This document shows, piece by piece, positions 43,497-58,006 of a stretch of DNA of 64,000 bases. This stretch comes from the human T2T-CHM13v2.0 reference genome, Homo sapiens: the NCBI RefSeq assembly GCF_009914755.1, contig NC_060929.1; one strand, given 5' to 3'. The notes beneath the pieces were generated by a model, which made no database searches, was not told where the DNA came from, and saw only the letters and a program-made list of their open reading frames with translations. Position 1 is the stretch's first letter; each line of letters starts with the position of its first letter. A program made the position numbers and the translations under genes.

Positions 43497-43945
43497 GGCT
43501 GAGTTCCTGGCATTATAATTTTCTGAGTAGCAGGAGTGTCTGTGTCATTCATGAGCTCCTTTGGATAATACCTGACAGTTTAGACTAATGAGGAGAATCA
43601 TGGTAGGTTCCTGGATAGTTCTAAGATTGGATCCGTAATGCCACAAAGACAACCATGTGGTTAAAGGGTTGAGTCCATGAGCCAATCTGAACTCTGGGAG
43701 GGGAAAGGTTTAAATATTGAGTTCAACCACATTGCCGATGATTTAATCAAGCCTCTGTAACAAAACCTCAGTAAAAACTCCAGACATTGAAGTTCAGTGG
43801 AGATTCCTGGTGGGGAAACACATTGATGTGCCTTTGATTCCATGGGACTAGAATGCAGAAGCTATATGCTGGGGAGTCTTCCAGATGTCACCCTATGTTT
43901 CTCTTTATTTGGCTGATCCTGATTTGTATCCTTAATAATAAAATT
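43497..43945 (+). mobile_element. MER21-family LTR fragment
   Basis: GTTCCTGGCA...TTGAGTTCAACCAC...TTCCTGGTGGGGAAACACATTGATGTG...CCCTATGTTTCTCTTTATTTGGCTGATCCTGATTTGTATCCT. Confidence 0.7.
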
Positions 43946-45056
43946 GCTGGTATAGATCTTTCCTGATAAGCTTTTTAGCAAATGATGGTGCAATAACTGG
44001 ACATCCACTTGCAATAAATAAATAAATCTAAACACAACCTTACATCCTTTACAGAAATTAATTCAAAATGGATAACAGCCCTAAATGTAAAATGCAAAAT
44101 GATAAGACTCATAGAAGAAAACATAGGTGAAAATCTAGATGACCTTGGACACAGCAATGATTTTTTTGGTATGACACCAAAAGCACACTCCATGAAAGAA
44201 AGAATTGATAGGCACAACTTCATTAAGACTAAAAGTTTCTCCTTTGCAAAAGACACTGTCAAGAGAATGAAAAGACAAGCCACAGACTAAGAAGAAATAT
44301 TTGCAGAAGACATATCTGAAAAAGGACTGTTTTCCAAAATATATGTAATATTCTTAAAACTCAACAATAAGAAAACAAGCAAATTTATCAACGGACCAAA
44401 GACATTAACAGACAACTAACCAAATAAAATGTATAGATGGCAAATAAGCTTATGAAAAGTTGCCTTGGGGGGCCAAGATGGCTGACTAGAAGCAGTAGTG
44501 AGTGGAGGAGGCTCCCATGGAAAAGATCCAAAACAGTGTGCGAATCCTGCACCAGCAACTGAGGTATTCAGGTTCTGTCATTAGGACTGACTAGACAGCT
44601 GGTGTGATCACAGAGAGGAAGGAAGAGCAGTGTAGTGTGGTGGCCCACCTGAGAACCACACGGGACAGGGGAGCCCCCACCCCCAGCCAAGGAACCCGGA
44701 TAGCCCAGACAAGTGGGTTTCCCCCCCAGAGGGGCACACCCCCTCCACCAAGGGACAGCCAAAGTGCCTCACTAAATGGTTCCTGCTTCCCATGCCACAC
44801 AACTGGATGAGACACCCCCAACAGGGATTGTCAGACATCCTATACAGGAGCATTCCTACTGGCATCAGATTGGTGTCCCTCAAGGTCAGAGATCCTAGAG
44901 GAAGGAGCAGGCACCCATCTTTGCTGTTCTTGAGGCTCCTCAAGTGACATCTCCAGGTGCAGGAGCAAACCAGATGAATAGGGATGAAGTGAACCCCAAG
45001 CAAACTGTAGCAGCCCTACAGAAGAGGGACCTGACTATTTAAAGAAAAACAAACAA

Positions 45057-45638
45057 ATGGAAAGCAACAAAAACAGTATCAACAAAAAAGTTCCCACAAA
45101 AATCTCATCCAAGGGTCAGCAACCTCAAAGATCAAAACTAGACAAACTTATGAAGATGAGAAAGAATCAATGGAAAAACACTGAAAACCCAAAAGGCCAG
45201 AGTGCCTCTTCTCCTCCAAATGATTGCAGCACCTCTCCAGCAAGGGCGCAGAACTGGACGGAGGATGAGATGAACAAATTGACAGAAGTAGGCTTCAGAA
45301 GGTGGGTAATAACAAACTTCACTGAGGTAAAGGAGCATGTTCTAACCCAATACGAAGAAGCTAAGAACCTTAAAAGGTTAGAGGAGCTTCTAATTAGAAT
45401 AACCAGTTTAGAGCAGAACATAAATTACCTGATGGAGCTGAAAAGCACAGTGCAAGAACTTTGTGAAGCATATACAAGTATGAGTAGCCAAATTGATCAA
45501 GCAAAAGAAAGAATATCAGAGATGGAAGTCTATCTTGCTGAAATAAGGCAGGCAGACAAGATTAGAGAAAAAAGAATGAAAAGGAATGAACAAAACCTCC
45601 TAGAAATACGGGACTATGTAAAAAGACTGAACCTATGA
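45057..45638 (+). pseudogene. Truncated L1 ORF1p N-terminal/coiled-coil reading frame
   Basis: MRKNQWKNTENPK...LTEVGFRRWVITNF...REKRMKRNEQNLLEIRDYVKR then premature stop. Confidence 0.88.
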
Positions 45639-48600
45639 TGGATAGGAGTAACTGAGAAAGACGGGAAGAATGGAATCAAGTTGGAAAACACACTCCAGGA
45701 TATTATCCAGAAAATTTCCCCAACCTAGCAAGATAAGCCAACATTCAAATTCAGGAAATATAAAACACCGTTAAGATACTCCAAGAGAAGATCAACTCCA
45801 AGACACATAATCATTAGATTCTCCAAGGTTGAAATGAAGGAAAACAATGTTAAGGGAAGCCAGAGAGAGGGGCAGGTCACCTATAAAGGGAAGTCCAACA
45901 GACTAACAGTGGATCTCTCAGCAGAAACCCTGCAAGCCAGAAGAGAATGTGGACCAATATTCAACATTCTTTAAAAAAAGAATTTTCAACCTAGAGTTTC
46001 ATATCTAGCCAAAATAAGCTTCATAAGTGAAGGAGAAATTAAATTCTTTTCAGACAAGCAGATGCTGAGGGAATTTGTCACCACCAGGCCTGCCTTGCAA
46101 AAGCTCCTCAAGGAAGCACTAAATATGGAAAGGAAAAACTGGTACCAGCCACTGCAAAATATAAAGACCAATGAAACTATGACAAAACGGCATCAACTAG
46201 TGTGCAAAATAGCCAGCTAGCACCATGATAACAGGATCAAATTCACACATAACAATATTAACCTTAAATTTAAATGGACTAAGTGCCCAAATTAAAAGAC
46301 ACAGACTGGCAAATTGGATAAAGAGTCAAGAACCATCTGTGTGCTCTATTCAAGAGACCCATTTCATGTGCAAAGACACAACTAGGCTCAAAATAAAGGG
46401 ATGGAGAAAAATTTACCAAGCAAATGGAAAGAAAAAAAAGTTGCCTAGACTCTGACAAAACAGACTTTAAGCCAACAAAGGTCAAAAAAGACAAAGAAGG
46501 GCATTACATAAGGATAAAGGAATCAATTTAACAAGAAGAGCTAACTATCCTAAATATATATGCACTCAATGCAGGAGCACTGAGATTTATAAAACAAATC
46601 TTTGGAGACCTATAAAGAGACTTAGAATCCCACACAACAATAGTAGGGGATTTTAACACCCCACTGTCAATATTAGACAGATCACTGAGACAGAAAATTA
46701 ACAAGGATATTCAGGACTTGAACTCAACTCTCAGATCAAGTGAACCTAATATATATTTACAGAACTCTCCACCTCAAAACAACAGAATATACATTCTTCT
46801 TGGTGCCACATGGCACTCACTCTAAAACTGACCACATAATTGGAAGTAAAATACTCCTTAGCAAATGCAGAAGAACTGAAATCATAAAGACTTTCTTAGA
46901 ACATAGTGCAATCAAACTAGAACTGAAGATTAAGAAACTCACTCAAAACCACACGACTACATGGAAATTGGACAACCTGCTCCTGAATGACTCCTGGGTA
47001 AATAATGAAATTAAGGCAGAAATCAAGAACTTCTTTGAAACCAATGAGAAAAAAGACACAATGTACCTGAATCTCTGGGACGCAGCTAAAGCAATGATAA
47101 GAGGGAAATTTATAGCACTGAATGCCCACATCAAACAGCTAGAAAGATCTCAGTTTGACTCCCTAACATCACAATTAAAAGAACTAGAGAAACGAGAGCA
47201 AACAAATCCAAAAGCTAGCAGAAGACAAGAAATAAGTAAGATCAGAGCAAAACTGGAGATACATACACAATAAACCCTTCAAAAAATCAAAATCCAGGAG
47301 CTGGTTTACTGGAAAAATTAATAAAATAGATAGACTGCTAGCTAGAATAATGAAGAAGAAAAGAGAGAAGAATCAAATAGACACAATAAAAAATGATGAG
47401 AGGATATCACCACTGACCCCGCAGAAATACAAACTACCATCAGAGAATACTATGAACACCTCTATGCAAATAAACTAGAAAATCTAGAAGAAATGGAAAA
47501 ATTCCTGGACACATACTCTCTCCCAAGACTAAACCAGGAAGAAGTCAAATCCCTGAATAGACCAATAACTAATTCTGAAATTGAGGCAGTAATAAATAGC
47601 CTACCAACCAATAAAAGCCCAGGACCAGATGGATTCACAGCTGAATTCTAACAGAGGTAAAAGAGGAGCTGGCACCATTCCTTCAGAAATAAGAGAGGAC
47701 ACACACAAAAATGGAAAAACATTCCATCCTCTTGGATAGAAAGAATCTATATTGTGAAAATGGCTATACTGCCCAAAGTAATTTGTAGATTCAATGCTAT
47801 TCCCATCAAATTACCATTGACATTCTTCACAGAATTAGAAAAATCTACTTTAAAATTCATATGGAACTAAAAAAGGGCCCACATAGGCAAGACAATCCTA
47901 AACATAAAGAACAAAGCTGGAGGCATCACGCTACCTGACTTCAAACTATGCTACAAGGGAACAGTAACCAGAACAGCATGGTATTGGTACAAAAACAGAC
48001 ACATAGACCAATGGAACAGAATGAAGGCCTCAGAAATAACATCACACATATACAGCCATCTGATCTTTGACAAACCTGACAAAAGCAAGAAATGGGGAAA
48101 GGATTTAACTGGCTAGCCATATGCAGAAAACTTAAACTGGACTCCTCCTTTACACCTTATACAAAATTAACTCAAGATGGATTAAATACTTAAATGTAAA
48201 ACCCAAAACCACAAAAACCCTAGAAGAAAACCTAGGCAATACCATTCAAGACATAAGCACTGGCAAAGATTTTCTGATGAAATCGCCAAAAGCAATTGTA
48301 ACAAAAGTTAAAATGAAAAGTGGGATTTAATTAAATTAAAGAGCTTTTGCACAGCAAAATAAACTATCATCAGAGCAAACAGGCAACCTACAGAATGGGA
48401 GATTGAAATCTACCCATCTGACAAAGGTCTAATATCCAGTATTTGTAAGGAACTTAAACAAATTTACAATAAACAACAAACAACCCCCTCAAAAAGTGGA
48501 CAAAGGGTATTTACAGACACTTCTCCAAAGAAGACATTTATTTGGCCAACAAACATGAAGAAAAGCTCAACATCACTGATTATTAGAGAAATGCAAATCC

Positions 48601-49232
48601 AAACCACCTTGAGATACCTTCTCATGCCAGTCAGAATGGCAATTATTAAAATGTCAAGAAACAACAGATGCTGGAAAGGCTGTGGAGAAATAGGGACACT
48701 TTTATATTGTTGGTGGGAATGTAAATTAGTTCAACCATTGTGGAAGACAGTGTGGAGATTCCTCAAGGATCTTGAACCAGAAATATCATTTGACCCAGCA
48801 ATCCCATTACTGGGTATACACCCAAAGGTATATAGATCATTCTTTTATAATGATACCTGCACGCATAGGTTTATTGCAGCCCTATTCACAATACCAAAGA
48901 CATGGAACCAACCCAAATGCCATCAAAGATAGACTGTATAAAGAAAATGTGGTACATATACATCATGGAATACTATGCAGCAACAAAAAGGAATGAGATC
49001 ATGTCCTTTGCAGGGACATGGATGAAGCTGGAAGCCATCATCTTCAGCAAAATAACACAGGAACAGAAAACCAGACCCCACATGTTCTCACTTACAAGTG
49101 GGAGTTGAACAATGAGAACACATGGACTTGATCAAGGAGGGCACACACTGGGGCCTGTTGAGGGCGGTACGAGGGGAGGTAGAGCATCAGAAAAAATAGC
49201 TAACGCATGCAGGGCTTAAAACCTCAGTGAAA

Positions 49233-49669
<437 letters not shown>

Positions 49670-50226
49670 TTACCACTATACAGCTATTAAAAGGACCAAA
49701 ATGCAGAAAACTGACAACACCAAATGCTGGTGAGGATGTGGATCAAGAAGAATTCTCATTCATTGCCGGTGAGAACGTAAAATGGTACAGACACTTTGGA
49801 AGACAGTTTGACAGTTTCTTACAAAACCAAAGATGAGTTGAAATTTTATGTTTACATGAAAACCTGCACTCAGATGGTTATGTTAGCTTTACTCCTAATT
49901 GCCAAAACTTAGAATCAACCATGATATCATTATGTGTGTGGATAAAGTGTGGCACATCCAGACAATGAAATATTATTCAGTGGTAAAAATAAATAAGCTG
50001 TTAAGACATGAAGAGACATAGAGTGACATGGAGAAAATGTAAATCCATATTACTAAGTGAAAAAAAGCTAATATGAAAAAGAAACATACTGTATTATTCT
50101 GACTGTATGATATTCTGGAAAAGATAATTCTGTGGAGACAGTAAATAGATTAGGAGTAGCCAGGGGTTTAGGGGGAGGGAAAAGAGAATAGGCACAGTAC
50201 AGAGGATTTTTAGAGTAGTGAAACTA

Positions 50227-50451
50227 CAGTTGACACTTGAACTGTTCAGGTCCACATGTACACATAAATTTCAGAGACCAAAGGTGAATAAAAAGTATGA
50301 TATTCATAGGATGGGCAACCTGCTTATACAGAGGGCTGATTTTTCAGATATGTGGATTCCACATTGTTGGCTATGGGACTTAAGTGTGTGCAGATTTTGG
50401 TATATGCCAGAGTGCTGGAACCAATCCTCCATGGATACCGAGGGATGACTG
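50227..50451 (+). mobile_element. MER8 (Tigger-derived MITE) with TA TSD
   Basis: TA|CAGTTGACACTTGAAC...CTGGAACCAATCCTCCATGGATACCGAGGGATGACTG|TA. Confidence 0.82.
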
Positions 50452-50744
50452 TATATGATGCTAATATGGTAGATACATATTATTATACATTTGTTCAAAC
50501 CCATAGAATGTACAGCACCTAGATTGAACACTAATGTAAACTGTGGGCTTTGGGTGATAATGACCTGTCAATGTAGGTTTATTAATTGTAGCAAATGCAC
50601 CATTCTGGTGAGGAATGTTGATAAGGGGAAAAGCTATGCATGCATGGGGTGGGGAGTATTTGGGAATCCTTTTTACTTTCTGTCAATATTTCTGTGAACC
50701 TAAAACTGCTCTGAAAATATTGAAAATCATTTAAAAGGAGGGAC

Positions 50745-51420
50745 ATTATATAAAAATAATATTGACTGTACCATATCCTGGCAAGGATGCGGAGCAATGC
50801 GAATTCTCATACATTGCTGGTATGAATGTGAAATGGCACAGTTAATTTGGAAAATAATTTGAAAGTTGCTTATAAAGTTAAGTAAACACCATGTGACTTA
50901 GCGATCTCACTCTTGGAGTATTTATCATAGAGAAATAAAAACTCATGGTCACTTAACATCTTATGCACAAATGTTTATAGCTGTTGTTTCATACTCATCA
51001 AAAATTGGAATAACCCTAATGTCATGAACAAGTGAAGGGATAAAGAAATTGTGGTCCATACGTACAATGTAATGTTCCTCAACAACTAACAGACTATTGA
51101 TACACATAGAAACTCAGAGCCATTTAAAGGCAGTATGCAGAATGTAAAAGAAATCAGTTTCAAGATTGCTTACTGCATAGTTACATTTATATGATATTCT
51201 TGAAAACCCAAATTTACAGTGATTGAAAACAGATCAGTAATTTCCAGGAAATAGGAATGGGGTTGTTAGTATAAACGGATAGCATAAAGAACATTTTGGG
51301 GGTAATGAAGCTGTATCCTGATTGTGGTGGTTGTTGCATTACTCTGTCAGTGTATTAAAATGAGTGGAATTGCACAACAAAAAATACTCAGCTCTGCTGT
51401 AATAATTTATATAATAAATA
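50745..51420 (+). mobile_element. L1ME-like 3' end
   Basis: GGCAAGGATGCGGAGCAA...TCTCATACATTGCTGG...TGTATCCTGATTGTGGTGGT. Confidence 0.72.
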
Positions 51421-51685
51421 ATTTTACTTATAAAATTATTGATAATTTATAAAATAAAAGCAAATAAACGAAAAAGAGTGGTTCTTATTGTCATTAGTCT
51501 CTTAGCATCACCAAGCCCGTACATTCTGAGTGTGTTCAGGAAACAACACACTATCTAGCCTTGTGCTTGTAATGTAATACACATTTACTAAAAAAGAAGA
51601 AATTATTATTGATATTGTGAAAATTGTCTAATATACCATTTCTAAGAATACTGATAGATGACTTCTAATGTAATCCAATAAATTT

Positions 51686-52168
51686 TGTGTTTCAGTTACC
51701 TACTGCTACATAACAACGTTGTTGCTTAAAACAACACTGTATTACTTTACATTATTTTATAGTTGTTATCTTAGCGACCTCTCTGCTGATTTTGCCTGAG
51801 CTCATACATGAGTCTACATAAACTGGAGCATTGGCTGGGCTGGAAAACCCAAGATGGTATTGATGACTTGTCTGGCATTAATGCTAGCTGACAATAAGGG
51901 CAACTTTTCTCCTCTACGTGATTCTCAACCTCCAATATTCTAGACCAACTTTCTGTGGTAGCCTCAGAGCAATAATTCATGAGGGTGAGAGTGAAAGCCG
52001 CAAGGCATCTTCAGGCCGAGGCTCTAGAACTTACACAATGCCATTTTTTCCGCCTACTAATGGTCAAAGCAAATAACAAGGCCAGCCTGGATTGAAGTGG
52101 TGGGGAAATAGACTCCACCTCTTCATTGCAGAAGCCACAAACTATTTGGGCTGTATTTTTTCTACCAT
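51686..52168 (-). mobile_element. Old MaLR LTR (MLT1G/H-like)
   Basis: TCAGTTACCTACTGCTACATAACAA...GGTCAAAGCAAATAACAAGGCCAGCC...GGGGAAATAGACTCCACCTCTT. Confidence 0.72.
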
Positions 52169-55100
52169 ACCATTTAATTCTTATGTTAACAGGAGTTAAA
52201 GAGCAAACTGCTGAGTGTTTATTTCCCGATAACAGGCAAAAGATAGAAATTTCAGACTTTTCTCCAATGCAGTAAGAAGAAAGACTTTCCTTTCCCTTAC
52301 GTTGTGAATACCATTTTTCATGCGAATAGTCCTATACGCATGATATTGCCATCATGTGTGGTGGCCATCTCTATCTGAAGGGTCTTTTTTATTTCCTAAG
52401 AATTAATTGAATATGGTAACCGTTTATTGCATAGCTCAAGCTTGTACCTACTTCCCTACTAGGCAGATCTGATAATCTGTTAACACCTAGAGTTTCAATA
52501 TATCTCAGAGGAAAAAAGAATCACACTAACATAGGAATGAGACTCATTAAATTCACCCTGTCTTGGTTAGAAACTGGAAATAGTGTTCCTCACTTATTTG
52601 TCAGCTAAAAGAGAGAATTCTTATGATTAAAAAGTTGGAGAATTATTTGTACTTTGCAAAAGGTGCTAAGTCGTTTTCCCAAAGGAAGTAATTTCCAGAT
52701 TTCCATTTTTAGAACTGCTTGTCCCCACATTTTCCCTGAACATATTTTTCTTTTCAGTCCTCACTTTCACATCTCTATTGTCTTGGTTTTAATATAATTA
52801 ATTACTTATTTTAGTATTATTTTTGTGGGATACTTTTTTGACATATAGATGGCTTATAAATATATATACAGGGATGCTGTGGTTGTATTGATGTGTAAAA
52901 CAGTGCAGATGAAGAGCCATCTGTTTCCATAGGCAAGTATAAATTTCCGGAGTAACATTCAGGTTGATTTTAGTACCTTTTTTTTTTTCCAGTGTAACAA
53001 CAACTTTCAAAAGAATGTTCACTTGCATTAAGAAATTCAGAAGTAAGAGCATTTCTTAGAAATATGAAATGACCTTCTGTTCTCAAATGTATTCTGTGTC
53101 TAATATTATAGTCATTTCCTTCCTTGTTTCTACCTGTAAAGTAATGCTCTGATTAGTGCCATCCTTGTACTTTGCTGTTAGGTACAATAAGCCACTTAAT
53201 ATGGACAATAATGAAATGGTGAAAATTAGAAGCTTTGGGAAAAATTACATGTAGAGCAACATTTAATATTCATAATGGCTGGATACAGCAATTGGAGGTA
53301 GTGTTTTAAATGAAATAAAAGATCATTTGACCACCAGCATACTTTTATTAAGAAGACTGGGCAAAATAATTTTTTCTTTCAATTGCTGGCTTAGACAATT
53401 GGCAGGAAGTGAATGGATATATCATGACTTCTGCTTGTAATTAGTATCTAAAATCTACTTGCTTTGTTGAGTATATTAGCACTACCATTGGTTTTAGAAT
53501 CTAGTCCTGGCATCCATATATTGTCTTTTCAATTAATTAGGTGCCAGTTTTAGCCAGCCAATTGATCTACCAAAACAAGATAAAACATCAGGAGCTCATA
53601 AATTGAATGGTTTACTATTGCAAAGGAATTAGGTCATTCAGGAATACATTCATCAGAGCATGGATAATAGAAGCAATCTTAGGAGGAGGCCAAGAATGGG
53701 CCTTGAGGTCTCTGGTTGATATGGGGTTGTTTGGTGTAAAAATAACCTCTGAAACATTTGTAACAGTGAGTCTGCTTTAAGTGAAGGATCTCCTTAATTT
53801 GTATGGTGCACTATACCATCCTAAGACTAACAAAATAAGATAAAGTTTTTAGTTTTTCCAAATTTATTATCTCCCATCATTTTGTTTTATAATACATAAT
53901 TGTATTTCTCATACACACATCATTGATTTGAGGAGAGTGTTCAGCCATTAAATATCCCCTTTCTCAAAAAGATTTTATTCTTCATTAGGATATCTCCAGT
54001 TTTCTCAGAAATTTGGTTGAACACTATGCTTTTCAAAGAGCCATTAAGAGAATTAGGTACTGTGTCCCAGAGGCAGATTTCTCAGTAGAAAGCACAGTGG
54101 GATAATCCTCTCCCTTGCTCTGTTTATTCTTCCTAATCTTTTATTAGGAGTCTTTGGAGTCATTTCACACTGTTGATATTTACTGAGCTTGTCATCATCT
54201 GAAAGCTTGTCCTTTGTTGCTGTGGATTTCTGTCAAGCCAAATTTCTTCTATCTAATATTATATATGTTTGTAGGTTTAACATTCATTTGTGTGCATGTG
54301 GTCGGGTGCGGGGGGAGTGGTAGAGAAAGATGTTCAGTATTTTTCTTCGTGATATTTGAAATCTTTTGAATGCTGATATTGCCAACTATGGTATTAATTA
54401 TGCCTTGTGACTTTGCATAATGAATAAAAGATTTATTTTTCTCCTTCCTGAATTATAAGAATAAATGTATGAGGTACACTTGAATAAAGTGAAAAATAGA
54501 TTTCTAAAAATATCTTATTTGCTATTAATATTCAGTAAAACCTGAGTCACAGAAAACGAAAGAGATTGCAAATTTGACAAGAAAAATTGATCTTTTGGAA
54601 GTCTACTTTTAGAGAAAAGTCAAACACAAGATTAAAAGTCAATATAGTATGGCTGAGAAAACTATATATGCATAACTAACACAGTGCAACTTTCCTAACA
54701 TCCTTTTCTGTGTTCTAAACTACTCTATGAATCTTTCTACCTATTATACCTAGTATTATATTCAATGGAAAATGATGTTCAGAATATCATAAGCATAAGA
54801 CTACAGAATTGTTCACAATGAAGTATTAAGAGAATTTCACTGTGCAGCACTTTCAAAACCAGAAAAGCAGGTGTAAATGTTTATTACGTTTTATCCTTAT
54901 CTAAACAAAACATTTAATATTTCAAGTGTCCCCATTTCATTTTCCTCTATTCATTTTGACTTCTTACACATTGAAGTTTTTCTTTTTTTATTTTATTCTC
55001 TTTTACTAATTTCAAACTCAATACTTATAGACATGGTATATATACATATTTGTCTCTTCTTTTCACTTGGGAACTAATCTTGCTAAAGATTCTGGAACTT

Positions 55101-56015
55101 ACAAAATGTATTGGTTCATTTTGAACATAATAATCTTCAGAATAAGGACATGTATAAAATCAATTTATTCATACAATAGACATGAATTCAATGCTTACCA
55201 TGGATTTTATTATTGTGTTGGAGATCAAAGAAGTGCCAGGTGTAAATGCAACCCAATTTCAACTACAGACTAGATTCTTAATATTTTTTAAAAGTCTCAA
55301 CTGTGTTACAAATTCTCATTTGACATTTTAATCAACCAACTTTTATTCACTTTTTAGTTTATTCATATTTAAATGACAATTATAGGAGAATGGCAGAATC
55401 TAATGTACACAGAGAAGTTTGTCTTAAGTCCCAATGAACCAATCTAAATGTAATCTGAGCCATCTAAAAAGTAAAAACTAAACTCTGTTAGTCCACAGTT
55501 GAAACCCACAAATTTGAGGCTACATGTGTATATACCACCTTGCAAAAAAATGTTCTCAGTAATAAATAATCAAAGCAGAAACAAAAGAAAAATCACAGTA
55601 TGATTTTATTAGCCATCTATGTAGAAAGCAAACATATTTATTTTAGAAATTGTATTTATCTGTCTATTCTCAACTGAGAGTTACCTCTGGTGCATTTCAA
55701 CATCATCAATAAAAGGAAGCAATTTGGTCTAGAAGAAACTGTTTCAGTTTAGGGATCTAGAAACTTGGTGCTGATCCAAAATTTGTAAATAGCTTGGTAT
55801 GGGAACATGAGACAATTATTTTGAGTTTCTGGCTCTCAGATTTCTTATTTATAAAAGGAAGAAGTTGCACTGATCTTCTCCGTCTTCTCCACATACCAAG
55901 AGCAAGTCCCAAAGCTCCACATAGCATCCTCAGGAATGAAGGAGATCCCAGATGGTTCTGCATGTCCTTGGAAAGGCTTCCACTTCTCCTTCTAGGGTAT
56001 AACTAATGTTATCTG

Positions 56016-56378
56016 TATTACGGTCTGAATGCTTGTGTTCCCTCAAAATTCATATGTTGAAGTCCTACCAAGGTGATGGTATTAGGAGGTGGAATCTTTG
56101 GGAAGTGATTAGTTCATGAGAGTGATGTCTTTATCAAAGGGAATAATAACCTTATAAAAGAGGCTAGAGGAATCCTTTTTCCCTTCCACCATGAAGGACA
56201 GAGTGAAAGACAGCCATGTATGACCCAGAAAGTGGGTCATTACCAGACATCATATCTATTGGCACCTTAATCTTGAAATTCCCCACCTCCAGAACTGTGA
56301 ATAATGGATTTCTGTTGTTTATAACCCATCAAGTCTGTCTAGGGTATTTTGTTATAGCAGTACAAATGGGCTAAGACA
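56016..56378 (+). mobile_element. MLT1A0-like solo LTR
   Basis: GGTCTGAATGCTTGTGTTCCCTCAAAATTCATATGTTGAA...GGTATTAGGAGGTGG...TTTTGTTATAGCAG...CTAAGACA. Confidence 0.87.
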
Positions 56379-56499
56379 CCGTGAAATCTCCAAAGACTAA
56401 TCTTATTCTTTTTCTTTTATTGTATATGTCAATCATCACTAGAAGCCTGGCATATTAAGATCATCCTTTAAACCTTGGTTCTATCCATGTATTGAGTAA

Positions 56500-56660
56500 G
56501 TTATGAGGCAAACCCTTTACCTCTACTCTGGCCAACATTTTCTGTTCCTTTTGACTCTTTTATTTTTCCTTATAGTATTTATCACCATCTCTTATACCAT
56601 ATATTTTATTTTTATCAATGCTTATCTTCCCACAGATAGTCTTTACAAAGACAGAGCTTC
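56500..56660 (+). mobile_element. L2 3' fragment; its terminus may lie at about 58010-58038
   Basis: TTCCTTATAGTATTTATCACCATCT; downstream TACTCAGTATATATTTTTGAATGAATGAAT. Confidence 0.45.
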
Positions 56661-57700
56661 TTTTTTAAAACAACTATTATTTTTAGAATACTTTTAGATT
56701 TATAGAAAAATTTTAAAGATAGAAGAGTTTCCAAATACGCCACACCCAGTTTTCCCTATTATTAACATAATAATCAATATGTATTCATTGTAATATTTCT
56801 TACAATTAAAATAATATTCATATATTATTAACTAAAATGTATTTCACCTACTCTTTACCTAATGTCCTTTTTCTGTTCTTGGACCCAGCCAAGATATCAA
56901 ATTACATTTAGTCCTTGTGTTTCCTTAAGTTCCTCTTGGCCATGAAGTTTCTCAAACTTTCCTTGTTTTTGATAATTTTGACAATTTTGAGTAATACTGG
57001 TAAAATATTTTGTAGAATGTTTCCTGAATGATATTTGTCTAATATTTTTCACAGGATTGGAGGAGAGTTGTGGATTTGGAGGGGGGAGAGCACAGGTAAT
57101 GTGCTATTCTTATCACATCACATGAACGGTGTATACTGTTAACATGGCTTATTACTGCTGATGCTGGTCTTGATCAGCTGGGTGAAGCAGTGTCTGTCAA
57201 GTTTCTCCACTGCAAAATTACTCTTTTTTTTCTCATTTCTGTTTTGTTGTCTTTGGAAGGAAGTTGCTATGCATAGCCCAAATTTAGGGAGTGGAGAGAT
57301 GTTCCACCTCCTTCAGAACATAGTATCTACAAAAATCATTTGGGATTTTTCTACACAGAAAATTTATCTATACTTTCATTATTTATTCAATTATTTATTT
57401 ATATTTGTATAGACTCACAGATATTTATTATACTTTGGGTTATAATCCATTACCATATTTATTTTATTGGCTCCTATGTCTTTTGATATACTCCCATAAT
57501 TTTTTTTTAGGTATTTCCTTACTTTCTGGCACTACAAGATGTTTCAGCCTCATCTTTTATATTTTCTGTCTTAGTCTTAGAATCAACCATTTCTGTATGG
57601 AGCTCTGGTTCCTTCCATTGAATACCAGCATTTTAAACCAAGATATGGATGTTAGGCATGCTCTTTCCTACTGGAGCACTCTTGCTTCTAGGCCCTCCCA
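56661..57700 (-). mobile_element. L1MD/L1MC3-like 3'UTR
   Basis: TTTTAGATTTATAGAAAAATT...CACCCAGTTTTCCCTATTATTAACAT...TTTACCTAATGTCCTTTTTCTGTTC. Confidence 0.75.
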
Positions 57701-57704
57701 AGTG

Positions 57705-58006
57705 ACGAGGGGTGGGACCTTTGGAAGGTAGTTGGGTTTAGATGAGGTCGTGAAGGTGAGATTCTTAGCATGGGACTTAGAGAGACCAGAGAGCTTGTTT
57801 TACAAACAATCAGCAATAACTCCTTTAAGCAATCAGCAAAATGGTAGACCGTCTATAAGGCAGGAAGAGGCCCCTCACCAAAAATGAAATTTGTCAACAC
57901 CTTGATCCAAAACTTCACAGCCTCTAGAACTGTGGGAAATAAATGTCTGTTGTTTAGGCCACCCAGTCTGTGGTATTTTCTTACAGCACCCTGAACTGAC
58001 TAAGAG
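57705..58006 (+). mobile_element. MLT1A-like LTR (5' clipped)
   Basis: GGTGGGACCTTTGGAAGGTAGTTGGGTTTAGATGAGGTC...AATAAATGTCTGTTGTTTA...GACTAAGA. Confidence 0.8.
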
